Shown piece after piece: positions 49,745 through 59,618 of a DNA stretch of 64,000 bases. Position numbers and translations under genes: made by a program. The stretch is from positions 1,856,001 to 1,920,000 of the forward strand of contig CBDBHB010000009.1 of the NCBI GenBank assembly GCA_965205505.1, written 5' to 3'. The notes beneath the pieces were generated by a model. It did not search any database. It was not told where the DNA came from and saw only the letters and a program-made list of their open reading frames with translations. Position 1 is the stretch's first letter, and each line of letters begins with the position of its first letter. This DNA is from Acidobacteriota bacterium (GTDB lineage Bacteria; Acidobacteriota; UBA890; WLXD01).

Positions 49745-51436
49745 ATGCTGAGCTATTTGCGGATCCGCGACCTCGCGCTGATCGAGGATGTTGCCATCGA
49801 GCCGCCCGCCGGCCTCGTCGCGTTCACCGGTGAGACGGGTGCTGGCAAGTCGATCATTCTGGGCGGGCTGTCGTTGGCCACGGGGAACCGCGCGGCGCTC
49901 GATCAGGTGCGCACCGGGGCGGATTCGGCCACTGTAGAAGCGGTGTTCGACATCACCGGTCGGCCTGACATCGCCGAGTTGCTGGAGCATGAGGAGCTGT
50001 CACCGGAGTCTGGCGAGATTCTTGTTCGCCGCACCCTAGGCAGCCGTTCCAGTCGCGCCTATGTCAACGATCGGCTGGTCACCGTGGGCCTTGTCCACAA
50101 GTTGGGCACGCGCCTTGTGGATATCGCCGGGCAGCACGAGAACCAATCGCTGCTGGCGTCGGCGGCGCAACTCGAGCTGCTCGATCGTTTCGGCGAGCTC
50201 TGCGCACAGCGCCTCGCTGTGGCGAGGGCGTGGGATGAGGCGGTGGATCTGCAACACCGGTCACAGGTGCTGGAGACGGACGATCGCGATCGTGCCCAGC
50301 GCGCCGATTACTTACGCTACCGCGCACAGGAGATCCGCGCCGCCGATCTCGGCGTCGACGACGAGGTGGCGTTGAACGCGGAGCGCCAGCGGCTGCGACA
50401 CGCCGAAGACCTCTCGGCGGCGACCGCGGAGGCGTTGGATGTTCTCTACGAGCGCGAAGAATCGGCGGCAGCTCTCATTCGCCGTGCTCAACTCGTCATC
50501 GAGAGAATTGTCCGGCTCGATACCGGTGCGCCGGCCAGCGGCGATGACGCCGCCGAGGCAGGTTACGCGATCGAGGAGATTGCCCGTTCGCTGCAGACGT
50601 ACCTCGACCTGGTGCAGGTGGACCCGGTGCGGCTCGATGCGGTCGAGGAGCGTCTGGCGACCTTTGATGGTCTACGGCGCAAATACGGCGATCGAATCGA
50701 GGACATCCTGCAGGTAGCCGACGACGCTGAGCACGAGCTCGCCTCGCTCGACAACCGGGATCAGGAGATCGCTGAGCTGGCCGGCCAGGTAAGGCAAGCA
50801 GTACGGGGCTTCGACGAGGCGGCCTCGAACCTGAGCACGCTACGGGCCGAGGCAGCGACGCGACTATCCGAACACATTACTTCGGAGTTGCAGAAGCTTG
50901 GCATGGAGGGAGCCCGTTTTCAGGTTCGGTTGAAGCCTGGCAGCGCCAACGCCGAGGGTGGATTGCCGCCAGGAGCCAGCCGGCGCGGTTATGAAACCGT
51001 CTCGTTTCGCCTCGCCGCTAACCCTGGGGATGCGCTGGGCCAGCTGGTGCGAGTCGCCTCCGGCGGGGAGCTCTCACGCGTGATGCTGGCGCTGAAGCTG
51101 ACGGAAACGCGTCAGGCGCCTGCCCAGACGCTGGTATTCGACGAGATCGATGCCGGGGTAGGTGGGGGTCGCGTTGCCGACCGACTGGCGACGAGGCTGG
51201 TCGAGCTCGGGGCCAGACATCAAGTCCTGGTGGTCACGCATCTGCCGCAAATTGCTGCCCGGGCGACAACGCACTATCGCGTCCGCAAGGCCGAGCGCGA
51301 CGGACGCGTGTGTGTGTCGGCGGCAGCGCTCGACGTCGAGCAGCGCATCGAAGAGCTGGTCCGCATGCTAGGTGGCATCGGTGAATCTCGTAGTGTGCGC
51401 GAGCATGCCCGTAGCCTGCTGGGCGAGCTCACCTAG
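49745..51436 (+). CDS. recN: DNA repair protein RecN
   Basis: FTGETGAGKSII, GQHE, VASGGELSRVMLALK, FDEIDAG, VTHLPQIAA; start reset to MLSYLRIRD. Confidence 0.95.
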   Translation: MLSYLRIRDLALIEDVAIEPPAGLVAFTGETGAGKSIILGGLSLATGNRAALDQVRTGADSATVEAVFDITGRPDIAELLEHEELSPESGEILVRRTLGSRSSRAYVNDRLVTVGLVHKLGTRLVDIAGQHENQSLLASAAQLELLDRFGELCAQRLAVARAWDEAVDLQHRSQVLETDDRDRAQRADYLRYRAQEIRAADLGVDDEVALNAERQRLRHAEDLSAATAEALDVLYEREESAAALIRRAQLVIERIVRLDTGAPASGDDAAEAGYAIEEIARSLQTYLDLVQVDPVRLDAVEERLATFDGLRRKYGDRIEDILQVADDAEHELASLDNRDQEIAELAGQVRQAVRGFDEAASNLSTLRAEAATRLSEHITSELQKLGMEGARFQVRLKPGSANAEGGLPPGASRRGYETVSFRLAANPGDALGQLVRVASGGELSRVMLALKLTETRQAPAQTLVFDEIDAGVGGGRVADRLATRLVELGARHQVLVVTHLPQIAARATTHYRVRKAERDGRVCVSAAALDVEQRIEELVRMLGGIGESRSVREHARSLLGELT

Positions 51437-51987
51437 AGTGGCCTGTAACAGATGATCGTTGCATATCGCAGATGGGATTTGCGGGTGAGATCAAGGCGCG
51501 GCGAGGATGTCGATGCTAGCAGGCCGTGATGGAAGTGTGGTGGGTCTGGCAAGTGGGACTCACGGGCTAGGGCAAGGATCGACGACGAGGCGATGCTGGA
51601 GCCATCGTCGAGGAGGAGAGACGCCGCCATCGCCCGTGACTCCCACTTGCCCTACGGGTTACGCCGCCAAGGGCGCGTCTCCGGCGTTGCCGCTCCTAGA
51701 CGATGCGCACGGGCATCGCCGGCGACGCGGCGCCTTGGATCTGCGCCCTTGGCGGCGTAACCAGACCCATCACACTTCCACCACGGCCTGCTGGGGCATC
51801 GTCGACGAGCCGCAACGCCGATATCGCCCACAACTGCCCATCTGTCCGGAGGATGGCGGCGAAATGGGCCCGTCTGCGGCGTTGCTTCTCCTCGGAAGCT
51901 GGGCCAACATCGTCTCGTCGTAGCGCCTGGCATCCGGACCCATTCCGCCACCACGATATGCAACGATCATCTGTTACAGGCCACTAG
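51433..51987. mobile_element. MITE family A (32-bp perfect TIRs), interrupted by a family B copy
   Basis: AGTGGCCTGTAACAGATGATCGTTGCATATCG (51437-51468) and its exact reverse complement (51954-51985); CTAG at both flanks. Confidence 0.92.
51520..51790. mobile_element. MITE family B, two-module copy nested in element A
   Basis: CAGGCCGTGATGGAAGTGTGGTGGGTCTGG ... CCAGACCCATCACACTTCCACCACGGCCTG flanked by CTAG / CTGG. Confidence 0.9.
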
Positions 51988-52262
51988 TGCTCCTGATCAT
52001 AAGTACGGTGACGTTTGTGGCGCGCGCGACCGGGGCGAATTGTAGGAGCGGCGACGAGGGCGATGCTGGGTGTATCGTCGAGGCGCCGCGACGCCCAAGG
52101 TGGCCGGTCCCGCGGCCACCCGGAGGGCAGGAGCGATATGCGGGCGAACTCGGCGTCAGGGCTCGTCGAGGATGGCTAAGGCATCGCCTTCCTCACCCTT
52201 CCTTGATCTCGCCCGCATCTCGCTCCTGCAAACGTCACCGTACTTATGATCAGGAGCACTAG
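51984..52262. mobile_element. MITE family C (34-bp perfect TIRs including CTAG)
   Basis: CTAGTGCTCCTGATCATAAGTACGGTGACGTTTG (51984-52017) and exact reverse complement (52229-52262). Confidence 0.92.
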
Positions 52263-52322
52263 TAGGCTGCTACCGTTTCCGCTGTCGGGTGTGGTAGCCA
52301 GGATGCTCCAGTTGAGGACGGG

Positions 52323-53192
52323 ATGGAAAAACGAATCGGTGTGATCGGGGGCAGCGGCCTCTACGAGATGGACGGGCTGACGGTTCTCGACGAGATGCAC
52401 CTGGAAACGCCGTTCGGCGATCCTTCCGACGCATTCGTGCTAGGCGAGCTCGACGGCCGGCCCGTCGCGTTCCTATCGCGGCACGGCCGCGGGCACACCT
52501 TCAGCCCTTCGAACGTGCCCTACCGGGCGAATGTCTATGGATTTCGGCTGCTCGGCGTGCGCAATCTGTTCTCGGTGAGCGCCGTAGGCAGCCTACGCGA
52601 GGCTATCGCGCCGCTGCAGTTCGTGGTGCCCGACCAGTTCGTCGATCGAACCTGCAATCGGGCGACGACTTTCTTCGACGAGGGCATAGTGGCGCACGTC
52701 GCGTTTGCCGACCCTGTCTGCGCTCGGCTGGCAGACCTGCTCGCCACGGCAGCGGAAACGATTGACGTGGAGGTGCATCGTGGAGGCACCTACGTCTGCA
52801 TCGAGGGGCCCCAATTCTCCACTCGCGCCGAGAGCAATCTGTATCGCTCCTGGGGGATGGATGTAGTTGGCATGACCAACCTCACGGAGGCGAAGTTGGC
52901 GCGCGAAGCGGGAATCGGCTACGCCACCCTGGCGATGGTGTGCGACTACGACTGCTGGCACGACGAGCACGCAGATGTCACCGCCGAAATGGCCGTCGCC
53001 AACCTGGGAAAGAGTGTCGGCAACGCGCAGCGCGTGCTCCGTGCAGCGATTAACAACCTCCCAACAGACGCGCCTTCGTCGTGCGAGGCTGCCATCGCCA
53101 ACGCGATCATGACATCCCCCGATAGCTTTCCACCGGCGCTGCGGCGCCGTCTGGCGCTGCTTCTCGAGCCCGACGACGGAGCCCAACCTTGA
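52323..53192 (+). CDS. mtnP: S-methyl-5'-thioadenosine phosphorylase
   Basis: IGVIGGSGLY, RHGRGH, SAVGSL, EGPQFSTRAES, GMT, DYDCW. Confidence 0.93.
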   Translation: MEKRIGVIGGSGLYEMDGLTVLDEMHLETPFGDPSDAFVLGELDGRPVAFLSRHGRGHTFSPSNVPYRANVYGFRLLGVRNLFSVSAVGSLREAIAPLQFVVPDQFVDRTCNRATTFFDEGIVAHVAFADPVCARLADLLATAAETIDVEVHRGGTYVCIEGPQFSTRAESNLYRSWGMDVVGMTNLTEAKLAREAGIGYATLAMVCDYDCWHDEHADVTAEMAVANLGKSVGNAQRVLRAAINNLPTDAPSSCEAAIANAIMTSPDSFPPALRRRLALLLEPDDGAQP

Positions 53193-54097
53193 GCATCGTG
53201 GTAGTCGGTTCTGTGGCGTTCGACACGGTGATTACGCCGTACGGTCGTGTTGACGATGCCCTGGGTGGGGCTGCTACGTACTTCGCGGTGGCGGCCTCGT
53301 ACTTCTGCCCAGTACGGGTGGTGGCCGTCGTCGGCAATGACTTCAGCGCCGAGCACGAGGCAGTGCTGTTGGAGCGCAGTGTGGATACGAGCGGCATCGA
53401 ACGGGCGCCCGGCCGGACGTTCCGCTGGGGTGGCGAGTATTCCTGGAACCTGAACGAGCGGAAGACGCTGTTTACCGAGCTGAACGTCTTCGAGACCTTC
53501 GCGCCGGTGCTGCCAGCGGAGTTTCGAGACACCCCCTATGTGTTCCTGGCGAACATTGCGCCGCAGCTGCAGCAGTCCGTCCTGGAGCAGGTGGAGAGGC
53601 CGGAGTTGGTGGCGCTCGATACGATGAACTATTGGATCGAGGGCTCACTCGAGGCGCTGAAAACAACCCTGCAACACGTCGACATCCTGGTCATAAACGA
53701 CGAGGAGGCGCGCGAATTGGCCGGTGCCTACAACCTCGTAGAAGCCGCCAAGTCGATTCGGGCGCTGGGACCGGCCAGCGTGATCATCAAACGCGGGGAG
53801 CACGGTGCGACGGCCTTCCTGGAAGGCGATGTCTTCACCGTGCCGGGATTCCCTTTACGCCAGCTTGCCGACCCGACCGGCGCCGGCGATACGTTTGCTG
53901 GAGGCTTCATGGGCCACCTTGCGAGTACCGGCGATCACAGCGCGAAAGGGTTGCGTCGGGCAATCGTAGCCGGCAGCGTTCTGGCCTCGTTTTGCGTCGA
54001 GAGCTTCAGCCTCGATGGGATTCGGGGGCTCGACAGCGACCAGATCGCCGCTCGGTACGGTGAGTTTCAGGCGCTGACAAGGTTCGACGACATCTGA
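53189..54097 (+). CDS. PfkB-family carbohydrate/nucleoside kinase
   Basis: VGSVAFD, GGAATY, NDEEA, DPTGAGDTFAGGF. Confidence 0.9.
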   Translation: MSIVVVGSVAFDTVITPYGRVDDALGGAATYFAVAASYFCPVRVVAVVGNDFSAEHEAVLLERSVDTSGIERAPGRTFRWGGEYSWNLNERKTLFTELNVFETFAPVLPAEFRDTPYVFLANIAPQLQQSVLEQVERPELVALDTMNYWIEGSLEALKTTLQHVDILVINDEEARELAGAYNLVEAAKSIRALGPASVIIKRGEHGATAFLEGDVFTVPGFPLRQLADPTGAGDTFAGGFMGHLASTGDHSAKGLRRAIVAGSVLASFCVESFSLDGIRGLDSDQIAARYGEFQALTRFDDI

Positions 54098-54107
54098 CGA
54101 GGCGCAC

Positions 54108-54881
54108 GTGCTCCTGGCAATCGATGTGGGCAACACGAACACTCAGTTCGGGGTATTCGACGGCTCGACCCTACGGGCTGATTGGCGATTGGCAACGCAT
54201 GGCAACGGCACCGCTGACGAGATGGGGTTACTGTCGCTGTCGCTCCTGGAGCGCGAGGAGATTGCCGCCGAGCATATTTCGGGCATTGTGGTGGCCAGCG
54301 TCGTTCCACCATTGACGGGGGCTCTCGCGCGTATGTCGCAGCGGTACTTCGGCGTCGAGCCACTGCTCGTGAGTGCTGACGTCGTTGATGATCTTCCGGT
54401 GCTTTACGATCCACCGGGCGATGTGGGGGCAGACCGTATCGTCAACGCGGTTGCGGCGCGCCAAAAGTACGGCGTCCCCGCCGTGGTAGTGGATTTCGGT
54501 ACCGCCACAACGTTCGACGTGATCAACGACGAGGGCGCCTATCTCGGCGGCGTGATCGCTACCGGTGTGGGGGTATCGGCCGACGCCCTGTTCGCTCGTG
54601 CGGCGCGTCTCCCGCGAGTCGACATTGCTCGGCCGCAGCAGGTCATCGGTCGATCTACCGTGGGCAGCGTGAGGTCGGGCCTGTTCTATGGCTACGCCGA
54701 CCTCGTAGACGGCCTACTAGGCCGCATTAGCCTGGAGCTGGGTACCGAGCCGACGGTTGTCGCCACCGGTGGATGGGCGATGACAATCGGGGAGGCGTGC
54801 GAACGCATACAGCATATCGATCTGTTGCTCACCCTCGAGGGCCTGAAGATCATCCACGCCCGTTACGCGAGCACTCGATGA
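54108..54881 (+). CDS. coaX: Type III pantothenate kinase
   Basis: IDVGNTN, SVVP, VGADRIVN, VDFGTATTFD, ATGG, LTLEGL. Confidence 0.95.
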   Translation: MLLAIDVGNTNTQFGVFDGSTLRADWRLATHGNGTADEMGLLSLSLLEREEIAAEHISGIVVASVVPPLTGALARMSQRYFGVEPLLVSADVVDDLPVLYDPPGDVGADRIVNAVAARQKYGVPAVVVDFGTATTFDVINDEGAYLGGVIATGVGVSADALFARAARLPRVDIARPQQVIGRSTVGSVRSGLFYGYADLVDGLLGRISLELGTEPTVVATGGWAMTIGEACERIQHIDLLLTLEGLKIIHARYASTR

Positions 54882-56467
54882 GCCCTCCGAAAGACCTCGT
54901 CAAGGCGATTCGACGCGCCGTGAACCGCATCGCCAAAGGTGGACTCGATGGCGACGTGCCCGAACGCGAGGTCGAGGCCGTCATGGCATTCGGTCCGGGG
55001 GTGGAAGAGGGGCTCCGCGACGCGGTTGACAGCGGGCCGCCGGAGCGCCTTGCGGCCACGATCCGACTCGTCCGATTGGCGGGTGCCGGCGGGTTGGCAA
55101 ACGAAATCGCATCGCAGGCTTTGCGTCGTGCAGTACCGCTCGATGCCAAAGGGGAAGCAATCGGCCTACTCCGCGACGTTGGCGTCGAGATACCGCAGCA
55201 GGTCGAGGACATGCTGCGGGTGGCGCGTCAGTTCGTTGAAGCTCCCGATGCCAAGGGTTTGGATTCCGTGCTGGCGTTGCCGGAGGCCTGGAAGGAACCT
55301 GTGCTGAGTGCCTGGCTGGCTCGCCCATGTTCGGATGCCAGTCTTCTTGAGACTGTCTTGGGACTCGACCCCCGGATAGACGCCATTGTCGTCGAGCGTC
55401 TCGGTGCGTCGGGGAACCAAGAGGCCGTACCGGCTCTGCGGCGGCTGGTTGCAGAGGAGGATCGCAAGCTCCGCAAGGTTGCCAAGCGGGCCCTGCATCG
55501 CCTACGAGCCGCCGGCGTCGACGTGACCGGGGAAACGCCGGCGCCGGAAAAATTCTCGCTGCGGATCGCGCCGGACATCCAACGCGAGTCGCGCGCCTTC
55601 GCCACCGGCATCGATGGGTCGGGTGGGCGCATCCTGTGGGTGATGGCACCCTCTAGCAAGGGCGGTTACCGCTTGCTGGAGGCAGTTGTCGACGATCAGC
55701 AGGGGCTGCGCAGGTCCGAGGTGATGCCCGTGGCGCTGAAGGGGTTCAAGGCTCATATCGAGCGCCTGCGAGCCAATCCGGCGCTCCTCATAGCGCAACT
55801 CGAGTTGGCACAAGCGGTGGCGATCCTGCGCGCTGGGGAGGCGTTAGCCGCCGACGCCGGAGAAAGTCTTCCACCCGAGTACGAGGCATGGCGCGAAGAT
55901 ACGGCGGCAGAGCTGTTTGTCGTGCCGGCCGGGGTGCCGCGAGGCGGGAGCTTGGCGGTCGAGTCAACCGAGGAGAAGACGAAGGACGGGCCGCCAGACG
56001 GTCAGGCCGGTCGGTCGGTCCCGGAACAGCGCGAGCTACTGGCACGGTCGGCGGATCTGCTCGGCGAGCCCTACTTTGCCAACTGGGCCGTTTTGGGCGA
56101 GGTAGTCGAAAGCGCTGCTGCCGGGGTTCGTCGTGCCGAAACGAGCACCCTGCTGGTAGACGAAGAGCAGCGTAAGCAACAGGTAGACCGCGAGATCAGC
56201 GCCGTCGCCGAGGTCTTCGACAGCGCCACACGGATGCGCTACAGGCAGCGGCTCGAGCAGATGACGGATGTCTTGAGGGCCACAAAGCACGAGCGTGAGG
56301 CAGAGCTCGCCCTCGCTGCCGCACAGGGGTTCACGGATGTAGCCGATCTGTACTCTGATCACCCGTTCGCGCGCGCGCTGATTCAGCGCGGCGTGTTGGC
56401 GGCCTATCAAGGCGTACGTCAGGAGGAGGACCGTGAGTCGTCCGAAAGCCGCATTGTGCAGCCCTGA
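54878..56467 (+). CDS. Hypothetical alpha-helical (HEAT-like) protein
   Basis: Long ORF coupled to coaX by ATGA; RKVAKRALHRLR, IDGSGGR. Confidence 0.7.
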   Translation: MSPPKDLVKAIRRAVNRIAKGGLDGDVPEREVEAVMAFGPGVEEGLRDAVDSGPPERLAATIRLVRLAGAGGLANEIASQALRRAVPLDAKGEAIGLLRDVGVEIPQQVEDMLRVARQFVEAPDAKGLDSVLALPEAWKEPVLSAWLARPCSDASLLETVLGLDPRIDAIVVERLGASGNQEAVPALRRLVAEEDRKLRKVAKRALHRLRAAGVDVTGETPAPEKFSLRIAPDIQRESRAFATGIDGSGGRILWVMAPSSKGGYRLLEAVVDDQQGLRRSEVMPVALKGFKAHIERLRANPALLIAQLELAQAVAILRAGEALAADAGESLPPEYEAWREDTAAELFVVPAGVPRGGSLAVESTEEKTKDGPPDGQAGRSVPEQRELLARSADLLGEPYFANWAVLGEVVESAAAGVRRAETSTLLVDEEQRKQQVDREISAVAEVFDSATRMRYRQRLEQMTDVLRATKHEREAELALAAAQGFTDVADLYSDHPFARALIQRGVLAAYQGVRQEEDRESSESRIVQP

Positions 56468-57245
56468 GGAGCCGTGCGGCCTCGAGACTCGGCAATCGCG
56501 GAGGCTGGATCGCTCACGTCCTGCACTGTCGAGTGTCTTGTTCGCGGCGGTGCTGGCGGTTGCCTGTGGGGAGGATCGCTCGGCGCTGGAGTTGGCCCGA
56601 GAAGCGGCCGACGACCGCGACCGAGCGCGCGCCATCGGATTTTACCAAAGGCATCTCGAGCAGTTCGGCGATGATTTCGAAGCGCGGCTGGAGTACACAT
56701 TGCTGCTCGGGGAGGCCTGGGCGTTCCGCGGGGGTGATTCTGCTCCCATTCTCGAGAGCCTGGAGCGACTGCACGAGGAGCAGCCCGACAACCTGCGGGT
56801 GAAAGAGCTGTACGCGATGATGCTAGTGCGCGAGGGTCAGGCCGCAGGGTCGGCGCGCCGCTTCGAGGATGCCGAGCGTTACTACCAACAGGCCCTGGAA
56901 GTTCATCCGGATGTCGGCACGCCCTACTACCACCTCGGGGCCATGTACCAGGATCAGGGTCGTAGCCAGGCTGCCTTTCAGGCGTACGTTGCTGCCGCGC
57001 TCAAGCGGCCGCCGCTTCCCGATTTGTATCTCCGACTCGGGCGCGAGTACCTCGAGCGGGGCGATCTGGATCGCGCCATCAACACGTTGCTGCTCGTCGA
57101 TGAGCTACGAGGTACGTCGACGTACCTGCTTCCCGCCGCTCATTGCGCCCTGGCGGAGGCCTATCACCGGCGCGGAGACGACGACAGCGCGCGGGAGTAC
57201 CTGCTAGTGGGCGGTGAGGAATGCGTCGTCGCGGGGCTCTCCTAG
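56433..57245 (+). CDS. Tetratricopeptide repeat (lipo)protein
   Basis: AVAC lipobox-like motif; TPRs (AERYYQQALEVHP, YYHLGAMY); start uncertain. Confidence 0.75.
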   Translation: MSRPKAALCSPEEPCGLETRQSRRLDRSRPALSSVLFAAVLAVACGEDRSALELAREAADDRDRARAIGFYQRHLEQFGDDFEARLEYTLLLGEAWAFRGGDSAPILESLERLHEEQPDNLRVKELYAMMLVREGQAAGSARRFEDAERYYQQALEVHPDVGTPYYHLGAMYQDQGRSQAAFQAYVAAALKRPPLPDLYLRLGREYLERGDLDRAINTLLLVDELRGTSTYLLPAAHCALAEAYHRRGDDDSAREYLLVGGEECVVAGLS

Positions 57246-57267
57246 CAGGCCGTGGTGAAAGTGCGGT
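57242..57267. repeat. Family B left TIR remnant
   Basis: CTAGCAGGCCGTGGTGAAAGTG at the TPR gene stop codon. Confidence 0.8.
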
Positions 57268-57274
57268 CCATCAC

Positions 57275-57553
57275 CTACATGAAGACGAGATCGCCAGTCT
57301 GCTCGAAGGGTTCGCGTTTTATCATGTCGATCGAATCCCACGGGCAGTACCGCGCGCACAGCACGCAGCCGATACAGGTCTCCTTGTCGATGAGCACGTA
57401 CTTCTCTGCCGGGTTGTCTTCCGGCTGCACCAGATCGATGCAGTCCACTGGACAGAAAATGATGCAGGCCTCGCACCCCGTGCAGTCGTGGCGACGCACG
57501 ATGGCGATCGATGCAGAACGTTTCTTTGGGCGTTTCTTGACTGCGGTAGCCAT
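57275..57553 (-). CDS. 2[4Fe-4S] ferredoxin
   Basis: CTGCEACIIFCP and CIGCVLCARYCP. Confidence 0.9.
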   Translation of the reverse strand: MATAVKKRPKKRSASIAIVRRHDCTGCEACIIFCPVDCIDLVQPEDNPAEKYVLIDKETCIGCVLCARYCPWDSIDMIKREPFEQTGDLVFM

Positions 57554-57746
57554 GCGTCGTGTCCGTTCCCCACAGTGACGGTGATCCGCCGCGCCGACGA
57601 AACCATCGATTTCTGTCTGGCAAAGGAGAATACAGCCCCAACAGGTCGCACTCAAACGCTCCGTGGGAACGTGTCATAGACCTCCATCTGAGGTCCACCT
57701 ATAATCGGTTATGGGTGGTCGAACGGTCTAACGGGCAATCTGAACC

Positions 57747-58535
57747 ATGAATCTCGGCGGCGATCGATACCGGAAAATTCACCTCCGCGACGAGAAGGCT
57801 CGGCGCTGGGCGAAGATGCGCCGGGAGTCATCTGGCGCACCTTCCGCTCCCGCCGGCACCGGTTCAGAGGTGTTCCGGGAGTACCTCGAAGAAAACAACG
57901 CGGAGCGCAACGTCTCGTTGAAGAAGTCGGGGATCTTCGCGATCGTGGCCCACTTCATTGCGTTCCTGATGGTGATACCCGCCGCGATGCCCGAAGTCGT
58001 GGAGCTCGAGCGCACCGCGGCGACGGTGGTGAAGCGGTACACGCCGCCGGCGCCGCCCGCCAAGGCAAAGAAAACCAAGAGGAAGAAATCGGCTTCGGTG
58101 GTGCCGATTCCCGATCCGACGCCGGACGATCCGGAGCCCATCGAGCCCGAGGCGTCGGATGTTGACAAGGGTGAGTTCGACGACGAGTTCGCCATCGGCG
58201 ATCCGGTAGGCATTCCGGGCGCCGGCGGGCTGCGCGGACAGGCGTTCCGGGCTGGCGACGGTGGAATTCTATCGCCGCAGGTAGTGCGTCAGGTGGACCC
58301 AGAGTACACGCCCGAGGCCACCCGCAAAGGGATTCAAGGGGAGGTCTGGATCGAGGCGGTCGTGGATGTCGACGGCTCGGTTGTCGAGCCTCGCCTGCTC
58401 CGCGGACTTCCGGACGAAGAGCTCAATGCCCGCGCTATGGAGGCCATTCAAAGATGGCTCTTCAAGCCGGGGATGAAGGATGGCGTGCCCGTCCCGGTAA
58501 TCGCCGTTTTCACCGTTACTTACAGGCTGCACTAG
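57747..58535 (+). CDS. TonB family energy transducer
   Basis: TM with His, Pro-rich linker, PEYT..A..IQGEV..VDVDG..W.FKPG.KDGVPV. Confidence 0.9.
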   Translation: MNLGGDRYRKIHLRDEKARRWAKMRRESSGAPSAPAGTGSEVFREYLEENNAERNVSLKKSGIFAIVAHFIAFLMVIPAAMPEVVELERTAATVVKRYTPPAPPAKAKKTKRKKSASVVPIPDPTPDDPEPIEPEASDVDKGEFDDEFAIGDPVGIPGAGGLRGQAFRAGDGGILSPQVVRQVDPEYTPEATRKGIQGEVWIEAVVDVDGSVVEPRLLRGLPDEELNARAMEAIQRWLFKPGMKDGVPVPVIAVFTVTYRLH

Positions 58536-58706
58536 CAGGCCGTGTTGAAAGTGTGGTGGGTCTGGCGACAGGGATTTGCGAAGTGGAGGCAAGGAGAGAG
58601 GAGGAGGCGATGGCTACCCCATCGTTGACGAGGAACGACGCAGCATACGCGCGCAACCCCCTGTCGCCGTAACCAGACCCACCACACTTTCACCACGGCC
58701 TGCTAG
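58532..58706. mobile_element. MITE family B, complete, single module
   Basis: CTAGCAGGCCGTGTTGAAAGTGTGGTGGGTCTGG ... CCAGACCCACCACACTTTCACCACGGCCTGCTAG; begins in the TonB stop codon. Confidence 0.92.
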
Positions 58707-58816
58707 TGTCCTGTAGCAGAGGTTCGACCCATACACTCTGCAGGCGTACCACTATTTGTGGGGCGCAGTACTAGCTCGCCGACCCCGATGAGAGTTCTGC
58801 GACGGGCTCCTGTGTC

Positions 58817-59551
58817 TTGCTGCGCGCCCTGATTACCGGCGTCGCTCTGGCGCTAATCGTTCCGCTTGCTGGATCGATTGGCCTGTTGGCCGCATGGATC
58901 ACCGGCTCGCCACGGCCCCTGTACGCCCTCGCGTTTCCGATTGCGCGCGGGTTGTTCCGCGTCGCCGGGATCCAACTTCGGGTGATTGGGCGAGACCGGT
59001 TGGATCCGGAAGCCACATATGTTTTCGTAGCGAATCACGTCAGCAACGTCGACCCGCCGGTAGCCTTCGTGGCGATCGGTCGGAACATCCGTGCGTTTGC
59101 CAAGGCGGCGGTCTTCAAGCTACCCGTGTTTGGGGCCGTGCTTCGCGCGGCGGAGTTTCCGCCGGTGCATCGCAAGGACCGCGAACGCAGCATACGGGCA
59201 GTTGATTTGGCTGCCGAGGCGTTGCGGAAGGGACACGACTTCCTTGTCTTTGCCGAGGGCACGCGGAGCAAAGACGGTCGCCTGCAGGCCTTCAAGAAAG
59301 GACCTTTCGTGATGGCCATCAAGGCACAGGTGCCGGTCGCTCCCGTAGTCCTTCGCGGCACTCGTGGAATCCAGCCGAAGGGGAGCATGACAATCACGCC
59401 GGGGATCGCTGAGATCGAGTTTCTTTCCCCGATACCGACCCGAGGTCTAGGCTTCAGCAACCGGAATGATCTCCGAGATCGCGCTCATGATGCCGTCTCA
59501 CAGGCCCTTGCCGCAGCGCCGGTGGGCGCTATCGGAGCCGGATTGCAATGA
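58817..59551 (+). CDS. plsC: 1-acyl-sn-glycerol-3-phosphate acyltransferase
   Basis: NHVSNVD, FAEGTRS, FKKG. Confidence 0.9.
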   Translation: MLRALITGVALALIVPLAGSIGLLAAWITGSPRPLYALAFPIARGLFRVAGIQLRVIGRDRLDPEATYVFVANHVSNVDPPVAFVAIGRNIRAFAKAAVFKLPVFGAVLRAAEFPPVHRKDRERSIRAVDLAAEALRKGHDFLVFAEGTRSKDGRLQAFKKGPFVMAIKAQVPVAPVVLRGTRGIQPKGSMTITPGIAEIEFLSPIPTRGLGFSNRNDLRDRAHDAVSQALAAAPVGAIGAGLQ

Positions 59552-59618
59552 CCCAGGGGCGCCCGTACTCTGCTCGCACTGAACCTCCAACTGCGTTCGC
59601 TAGTCCCTCGAGGGCCTG

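Noticed and set aside
51507-52262. ORFs predicted across the repeat stack (also 21688-22036)
   Set aside because: They are translations of palindromic non-coding elements with no protein motifs
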